From: Neophaeotheca triangularis
Lineage: Eukaryota
Assembly: GCA_054600435.1 (NCBI GenBank)
Contig: BAAIJX010000033.1
Coordinates: forward strand, 62,001 to 126,000
DNA: 64,000 nt
Direction of reading: 5' to 3'
How positions within the stretch are numbered: the stretch's first letter is position 1; each line of letters begins with the position of its first letter. The notes beneath the pieces were generated by a model that worked only from the letters and a program-made list of their open reading frames with translations, had not been told where the DNA came from and searched no databases. Of this stretch, positions 57,657 to 64,000 are shown one piece after another. Position numbers and translations under genes: made by a program.

Positions 57657-59795
57657 ATGGGAGGTATCAAGCGAAAGGAAAGCCCAGCGGCGAACGGAGC
57701 TGGGAACAAAAAGCAAAAGCTCGCGAGCTCGAAGCCCGGTAAAAATGCAAAGCCTGTCCAAGCTGCGCCTGTGCCAGAGAGCGAGGATGAGCTCGAGGAC
57801 GAAGACGATGACGAGGCTGATGATTTCGATGGGCTGAGTGATTCAAGTGGAGGCGCTGCGTTGGACGATGACCTAGAGGAGAGCGACGATGAGACGCAAA
57901 ATCCCTCGAAACCGACCAAACGTTCCGGCGAAGACGTCGACGGCAACGATCCCAAGACATTCAAGCTCGAGTCGACTTCGGCGGAAGCGCATGCGAAGCA
58001 GCGGGCTCTCGCAAAGGAACGGAAGGCCAGCAAACCGAACGCCGATACCATTCAGCAGTCCAAAAAGATATGGGAGCGCCTGAGAATGAAGAACAACGTA
58101 CCGGCTGCAGAGCGTAAGCAGCTCGTCAACGAGCTTTTCGAACTCATCAGTGGCAAGGTCCGCGACTTTGTGTTCAAGCACGATAGCGTCAGGGTGGTTC
58201 AGTGTACGCTCAAGTTCGCGAACCAAGAGCAGCGAAAGAGCATTGCGCAGGAGCTTCAGGGCGACATAAGGACGTTGGCGGAAAGCAAGTATGGGAAGTT
58301 CATGGTGGCCAAAATGGTCGTTGAAGGGACCGATGAGACTCGCGATATGATAGTGCCTGAATTCTATGGCCACGTCAGGCGGTTGATTAACCACCCGGAG
58401 GCTTCCTGGATCGTCGACGATATTTACAGGCAGGTCGCTACGCCGCAGCAGAAGGCCACGATGCTACGAGAGTGGTATGGTGCGGAGTTTGCACTGTTCC
58501 ACAAGAAGCCGAGCGCCAGCAACAGCAAGACCGTCGCCGCGGATAACACTGCCGATTTGAAAGCGATACTAGAGGCCAATCCCGAGAAGCGCAAAGTAAT
58601 CCTGCAATATCTTCTGCAGATGATCAACGCACTTGTGCAGAAGAAGATGACTGGCTTCACCATGCTCCATGACGCCATGCTGCAATACTTCCTAGCCCTT
58701 CAGCCCGGCAGCGAGGAGCACAGGGAATTTATGGAGATATTAAAAGGAGACATCGACCCGGATGTTGAGGGTGGTGGTGGCGATCTCTTCAAAAACCTTG
58801 CTTTCACAAAGTCTGGCAGCAGATTAGTCTCTCTAGCCATAGCTTATGGCACAGCGAAGGATCGTAAGGTCATCTTACGAGTCTTCAAGGGTACAGTAGA
58901 GATGATGTCAATGGATCAACACGCAAAGACGGTGCTCTGCGTTGCCCTTGATGTTCCCGACGATGTCACGATGAGCTCCAAAGCGGTCTTTGGCGAGCTT
59001 TTGAACGTGAGGATCGACGATGAGAGCAAGCGTCTGGACAAGGTGCAGGAAACGCTACTGCACCCTAATGCCAGGCTACCAGTGCTGTATCCCATGGCAG
59101 GCATGGCAAAATGGCTTGTCGGTGATGCAGAGAAGGCACTTCTTATGGAGGTGCAAGAGATTAGGAAGACTACCTCGAAGAAGGCTCCCGAACTGAGGCG
59201 CGCTGGGCTACTCGAGCATCTGTCGGGGCCGGTTCTCGAACTTGTCAGCAAGCGAGCGGAACAGCTTGCCCAGACGACTTTCGGGTGCCAGTTCATCACG
59301 GAAACCCTATTGGCAGCGAACGGTGAACAAAAAGGCGAGGCGAAACGTGCTGTCGCCTCTCTCGCCCAAGGGGATCCCTTAGAGGAGGAGCATCTGGCAA
59401 AGAACCCGGCAGCAGGCCGCATGCTGCGAACACTGGTCTCTGGAGGCACTTTCGATCCTACGACGAAGACCACTGTTCTCGCAGAACCGAATCTGACGTT
59501 TGCAGACGTGCTATACCCAGTCATCAAAAATCACATTGTGCAGTGGGCCTGCAGTGATTCCAGCTTCGTCGTCGTTGCGCTCTTGGAGACTCAGGATGCT
59601 TCGGCGGCTATCAAAGGTGAAGTTGAGGCCAAGCTGAAGAAGAACAAGAAAGCACTGGAAGCTGCTGCGAATGGGTCGGGGAACGCGAAGAGCAAGAAGG
59701 GCGAAAATAGCGATGTGGCGGACGCGAAAAAGAACAAGAAGCAGAAGAGCAGTAAGGGAAATGCAGGGGCCAGGATACTTCTGGAGAAGTTGTAA
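57657..59795 (+). CDS. PUF6: Pumilio-homology/CPL domain ribosome biogenesis protein Puf6
   Basis: Basic/acidic N-terminus, KKIWERLR, FVFKHDSVRVVQC, LREWYGAEFALF, KMTGFTMLHDAMLQYF, AYGTAKDRK. Confidence 0.93.
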   Translation: MGGIKRKESPAANGAGNKKQKLASSKPGKNAKPVQAAPVPESEDELEDEDDDEADDFDGLSDSSGGAALDDDLEESDDETQNPSKPTKRSGEDVDGNDPKTFKLESTSAEAHAKQRALAKERKASKPNADTIQQSKKIWERLRMKNNVPAAERKQLVNELFELISGKVRDFVFKHDSVRVVQCTLKFANQEQRKSIAQELQGDIRTLAESKYGKFMVAKMVVEGTDETRDMIVPEFYGHVRRLINHPEASWIVDDIYRQVATPQQKATMLREWYGAEFALFHKKPSASNSKTVAADNTADLKAILEANPEKRKVILQYLLQMINALVQKKMTGFTMLHDAMLQYFLALQPGSEEHREFMEILKGDIDPDVEGGGGDLFKNLAFTKSGSRLVSLAIAYGTAKDRKVILRVFKGTVEMMSMDQHAKTVLCVALDVPDDVTMSSKAVFGELLNVRIDDESKRLDKVQETLLHPNARLPVLYPMAGMAKWLVGDAEKALLMEVQEIRKTTSKKAPELRRAGLLEHLSGPVLELVSKRAEQLAQTTFGCQFITETLLAANGEQKGEAKRAVASLAQGDPLEEEHLAKNPAAGRMLRTLVSGGTFDPTTKTTVLAEPNLTFADVLYPVIKNHIVQWACSDSSFVVVALLETQDASAAIKGEVEAKLKKNKKALEAAANGSGNAKSKKGENSDVADAKKNKKQKSSKGNAGARILLEKL

Positions 59796-59975
59796 TGCAG
59801 CCCAAAGTAGCAGTAAAATAGCGTTCAATTGTAAAGTACCGAGATTCCCATTGGATATGTTTCGTCGACGCCGTAAACTTTCTCCAAGCTCCATCGCGCT
59901 GCGAATAATACGGGACTCCCCGGTCACAGCTTCATGCACAACTGCCTTCCAATCTTCCCCAAAAATGACCAGCAC

Positions 59976-60350
59976 TCACACCCTCCCATCGAGCATCTCC
60001 TCAATGCCTCCCAACGTGTTCCCGACCCGCGGTCGAGGCTCAATCAAGCTGATGAGCTGATCATCGACCAAGCGCTGCTCCTCGTCAAGCTCCTCCTCCA
60101 CACTGCTCTTCTTGCGTCTGAGAGCCCTGTCAACCGGACACAGCGACGTTGACGAGCCGTTGGCGAAGTCGAAGCCAAAATCGAATTGCGATGCCCGGAA
60201 GGCGTTGGAGCTCGTTGACGACGATGAAAGCGGAGACACGGATGAAGTCGACTTTGGAGAGCGCGACGGAGGTGATGAGTTGCTGAAAGCTGTTTTGAGC
60301 TTGCGCAGCGATTGCCGGGGGTGCATTTGCTTCATGCTGGGCGATCGCAT
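59976..60350 (-). CDS. Small Ser-rich hypothetical protein
   Basis: MRSPSMKQMHPRQSLRKLK...LRRKKSSVEEELDEE...LIEPRPRVGNTLGGIEEMLDGRV, with coding-like codon usage. The start is uncertain because the frame is open up to 60653. Confidence 0.65.
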   Translation of the reverse strand: MRSPSMKQMHPRQSLRKLKTAFSNSSPPSRSPKSTSSVSPLSSSSTSSNAFRASQFDFGFDFANGSSTSLCPVDRALRRKKSSVEEELDEEQRLVDDQLISLIEPRPRVGNTLGGIEEMLDGRV

Positions 60351-60884
60351 TTTGGAGCGGCGTTCAGGCTGGGGGTGAGCGGTGGTGGTGGGGGTATTAT
60401 AGATCGATTGGGCGGGGCGACTGCGAGATGCAGTGTCTTTGGATAGAGCCGGTCGTGGAAACAACTCGTATCGTTTTTGTGAGACTCGATATGGCACTGA
60501 CAGGTGGATATCCAGATTTGAGGATGTTTGAACGAAGAAGGGTGCAGCAGAGGCCAGCCCTGCTATGTCGAAGCGGTGTTGGTTGAACGACGAAAAAATA
60601 AGTGCGCACGGTAAGAGAAGAGACTGTTGCCTGGACGAATGGCTTTGTTGCATTCAAGTAGAAGGATCAAGAAGGGATGGAACGAGTGTGAGGCGTGGAG
60701 GTGCGCGAGGGGGACTACATACCTAAAGACCCCCTGGCCTTCCTTTGAACGCGATGTCGCGGATGGCGTGGTCAACTTGATCTACAGGGTAGTGTCCCAT
60801 ACCAGGTGCGCGTGCGTGTACCTGCATTACTTTGCAATCATGAGGGGATTAGTGTTTGGGGAACGATAATAATACATACACCTA

Positions 60885-60907
60885 CCCCCCCCCCCCCCCC
60901 CCTCCCC
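60885..60907. repeat. Poly-C tract (18 C)
   Basis: cccccc cccccccccc cc tcccc. Confidence 0.7.
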
Positions 60908-61402
60908 TTGTTACAATGTCAAAATCTGACAGCTGAAACACCAAGCTACCGCGCAAACGAGGCTTCTTGGCAGGTTAGCGACGGAATAAGACAAGTGCAA
61001 GATGATCCAGGGTCTGAACACGAGATAACATTGCGTTCTCAATCCGAGACACGATCGACGCCGTTCATTAGTTCGATCCTTGAATCACCAATGGAGCCGT
61101 TAGATGCATGATATCAGAGGCATTGGCGTCTGGCACAGCGCAATCAGCTCCGCTCTCGTGGGCGGACAGCTCATCCTACCTCATCTGTGTTCTCATCGTT
61201 GGTCAATTCAAATTTACAGAGTGCATGAAGGTTTACATGAGGTATTACTCTCGTATCCGCAGATCGACGCCTTCGCTATGCATGGCCACGCTATCCTGAT
61301 CCCCAGTCCTAGGTTCTCTCTCCTTTGCAATACACCCAAAACGCCCGCTGAACAAATGGCATCCTCGCCGTTGAAATAAAACCCAGCTCATCGCACATGT
61401 TT

Positions 61403-64000
61403 TTATTGGCTGCGATCGCTTGGTCGTCGCTGCGTGGTGCTCCTGACCATGCTTCTGCCCCAAGGGCTTGTCCCAAACGAAGCGTCAGCCTCGCTCTGAC
61501 TGATCGCGCTATTTGCTCTGCTTCTGCCTGCCGCATCGTCGCTGGTCAGCCCAGGACTGCCTGGAGGCGACGAACGGTTGGCGTGCTCCAGCGCAGCGGC
61601 AAAGTGCCACTCTGGGTGCATATTGGCTTCTGGCCCGGAGGCTCTGTTGCTGGACGATTGCCGTGACTGCCGAGGTGAGCCGTTCGGTGATGCGGTAGGC
61701 GAAAACTGAATAGAGTTGTTACGGAAGCGCGTACCGCGAGGACTGACTGGTGGTGATCGAGCACCGATGCTGTTGCTCCTTGACTCCCATGCGCGGCCCA
61801 GGTCCAAGCTGTTTGGGGTATCTATGGGGTCGTAGTTGACAGGTGTGACATTCAAGGAAGGTAGGTTTCCCCGTGTTTGCGTCTCGGCTGATTCTTCCGG
61901 GTCGTCTTGGACGAAGATCTCTGGAACGCCGAAGGACGGAACGGCAGTCATACGGGCTGACTTCTTCGCTTCCAACGCTCGCCTGAAGCGACGTGACCAG
62001 TACAGCGTGTCAAAGAAGCCGACGACAATGTTACGATTCACCGCTTCCTCGACACGCTGAAGCCGCGCCCTTCTGCGCAGGAACTCTTCCAGCTTCAAGC
62101 TCTTGTTGTCGTTGATGACCTTGTAGTGTGCGATGATCATGAGTAGCGCGTTGAAGGGAATGCCTCGATCCGGATCGGCCGATACCAACACCTCCTCATA
62201 AAAGGTGTTCATTCGTGCCCGGCGCCTTCGTATTTCAACCACAGGTAGCTCGGATAAACGCTCCCTCAACTTTTCGAGGTCGATCGTATCTGACACGTCT
62301 TTGGTACCATCCATGGGCAGATTCGTTGAAGACGCTGCTGCAGAAACCCTACAATCGTCCATGAGGGCTCTTACTGTAAAGTCGCCATCGTAAATTCGCA
62401 TCTCAAAGACACCGGATAACTCACCCAGGAAGCGTGGGAAAGCTTCCCTTGAAATGTACCCAGACCCGTTGGGATCGAATTCGGCCCAGGCCTGTTTGAA
62501 ACGGCGAATTTCTTCCCTGCTGATGATGCTGAGCCCACTGCTTCGCTGGTAGACGTATGAGAAACTCTCGTAGATCAGCGAGGTGAATAGGTAGACGAAG
62601 ATGTACATGCTCAGGATGTTCCAGGAGATGAAGAGCGCTCTTGCCCATTGCGGACTGCCACAATCACCCTCGTAATACTTTTCGCCAACCGTGCAGTACG
62701 GGGGCACTATAGCGGCGTAGTCTTCCATGAGCTCGTTCCAGCCTTCACCTAAGCTCGTTCTAAAGAGTAGGATTAATGCTTTCGGTACCGTCCTTACGTT
62801 GATGTTGCCGGTGAGTTCCTCGCCGAATCGCGTGAGGCCAAAGGCTTGTGTAAGCGCGATCGCATACACAAGGAAGAGCACAAACCAAGTAGCCAGCAGA
62901 TTTCCAATGGCTGTGAGACTGGCCGCTGCAGTTTTGAAAAGCTGGTCGAGCTGATTGTTTCTCGGGATAAGCAACAGTACCACGGACACTAGGAACAACT
63001 TGTGCAGCTGAACATAAGTCTTGTCGTTGAAATTGGAAAGCAGTAGGATCGTCGTGATGAACGTCCCTCCCACAGCGAAAAGGGAGAAGACGTCCCATGC
63101 GCTCTTTCTGAACCTCGTCCAGGAAAGGCCAATGATGCGTACGATGATATTGGCAATATGGCAGAGAGTCAATGCGAGGAAGATGAAGTCTCTGACTCGA
63201 CTCCATTCCCATTTCTCTGGGTAGTATTCCAAGCACAGCAGTACCAAGTGGACGCCGAGCAGGCATGTCATCACTCTTTGCCACCGTCCAGTCTTGGTGA
63301 TGGCGCGGCGGTAGCACCATTCTTGCCAACTCTGTCTTTTTCTTTTGTTGCTCGGTCGCTTCGACGGCGCTACTTGTCGCAGCAATTTCCTCAGTTCGAG
63401 CCAAGAACGCTGCTCGGTAGTCAAGAAGGCGACGCCGGTCTGTTCGGTGTAGTTGCGCATGAAGACGGAGACGAACAGGGTCAGCACAAAGACAGCACCT
63501 AGCAGGTTGAAAATGACGAAGAAAATAGCATTGCCTCGGCTTGCTGAATCTTCTGGCTGCGTGAAGACTCCAGTGATAGATTCGGCGCTCCACATAACAT
63601 CGATCCAGCCTTCGGTGGACACAATCTGGAACAGAATAAACAGTGACCCGCCGAAGTTATCGAAGTCGTAGTACTCGTTGTCCACTTGTCGAGGTGCAAG
63701 CACGTCCCATTCAAAAGGTTGGCTTAAGTACTCCCCGGTGCAATCCGTAAGGTTGAAGATGTTTGAGTCTCCGTCATTGCAGCTCATCATTTGGCCGGCG
63801 AAGAGGTTGAGGCCGTAAATTGCAAACGGAATAAGCAAGCTCAGCGACACGAAAGCGGCAGACACAACTTTCCACCCACCACGTACGATAACCGCATGAA
63901 AGGTGTCTCGTGCGCTATCGCTCACATTCAGAAGACGCAACGCTCTTAGCGCTTTGAAGGCGCCGACAGCTCGACTGCCACCGCCCGGGTCGTGCAAACT
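61403..64000 (-). CDS. CCH1: Voltage-gated-like calcium channel subunit Cch1 (3' part; 5' end outside the window)
   Basis: S4-like AFKALRALRLL, pore loops FQIVSTEGWIDVMW and LFRTSLGEGWNELM, EF-hand-like FKQAWAEFDPNGSGYIS. Confidence 0.96.
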   Translation of the reverse strand, partial: SLHDPGGGSRAVGAFKALRALRLLNVSDSARDTFHAVIVRGGWKVVSAAFVSLSLLIPFAIYGLNLFAGQMMSCNDGDSNIFNLTDCTGEYLSQPFEWDVLAPRQVDNEYYDFDNFGGSLFILFQIVSTEGWIDVMWSAESITGVFTQPEDSASRGNAIFFVIFNLLGAVFVLTLFVSVFMRNYTEQTGVAFLTTEQRSWLELRKLLRQVAPSKRPSNKRKRQSWQEWCYRRAITKTGRWQRVMTCLLGVHLVLLCLEYYPEKWEWSRVRDFIFLALTLCHIANIIVRIIGLSWTRFRKSAWDVFSLFAVGGTFITTILLLSNFNDKTYVQLHKLFLVSVVLLLIPRNNQLDQLFKTAAASLTAIGNLLATWFVLFLVYAIALTQAFGLTRFGEELTGNINVRTVPKALILLFRTSLGEGWNELMEDYAAIVPPYCTVGEKYYEGDCGSPQWARALFISWNILSMYIFVYLFTSLIYESFSYVYQRSSGLSIISREEIRRFKQAWAEFDPNGSGYISREAFPRFLGELSGVFEMRIYDGDFTVRALMDDCRVSAAASSTNLPMDGTKDVSDTIDLEKLRERLSELPVVEIRRRRARMNTFYEEVLVSADPDRGIPFNALLMIIAHYKVINDNKSLKLEEFLRRRARLQRVEEAVNRNIVVGFFDTLYWSRRFRRALEAKKSARMTAVPSFGVPEIFVQDDPEESAETQTRGNLPSLNVTPVNYDPIDTPNSLDLGRAWESRSNSIGARSPPVSPRGTRFRNNSIQFSPTASPNGSPRQSRQSSSNRASGPEANMHPEWHFAAALEHANRSSPPGSPGLTSDDAAGRSRANSAISQSEADASFGTSPWGRSMVRSTTQRRPSDRSQ

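Overview
Gene-dense, intron-containing eukaryotic DNA from a filamentous ascomycete. Short GT-AG introns with CTRAC branch sites and the gene set suggest Pezizomycotina, probably Dothideomycetes (inference). I can support about 28 protein-coding genes, mostly housekeeping: RING-H2 ligase (partial), CCCH-Smr, YTH1, a PHD protein, NPL4, SEC66, WSS1, PFA5-like DHHC, ChaC/GCG1, DUF3844, U1-type Zn finger, HIR1, GH28, SEC13, PEX20-like, Zn2Cys6 TF, 2-hydroxyacid dehydrogenase, ankyrin, FucP-type MFS, NPR3, ferroportin, a second PHD protein, hydantoin racemase, PUF6 and CCH1 (partial). There is also one EthD-like pseudogene, a possible RIP-degraded LTR remnant and several simple repeats. I found no rRNA, intact tRNA, CRISPR or intact transposon. 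The most interesting signals are in RNA processing and are missed by the ORF track. (1) NPL4 has a duplicated terminal coding segment that forms two alternative last exons, one with and one without a basic NLS-like tail, with an AATAAA between them. (2) The PEX20-like gene has two alternative C-termini and a large uncharacterised insert. (3) The ChaC gene needs a 5-nt microexon flanked by an AG|GT site. All gene names come from motif recognition, not database searches, and all exon boundaries were read by eye.
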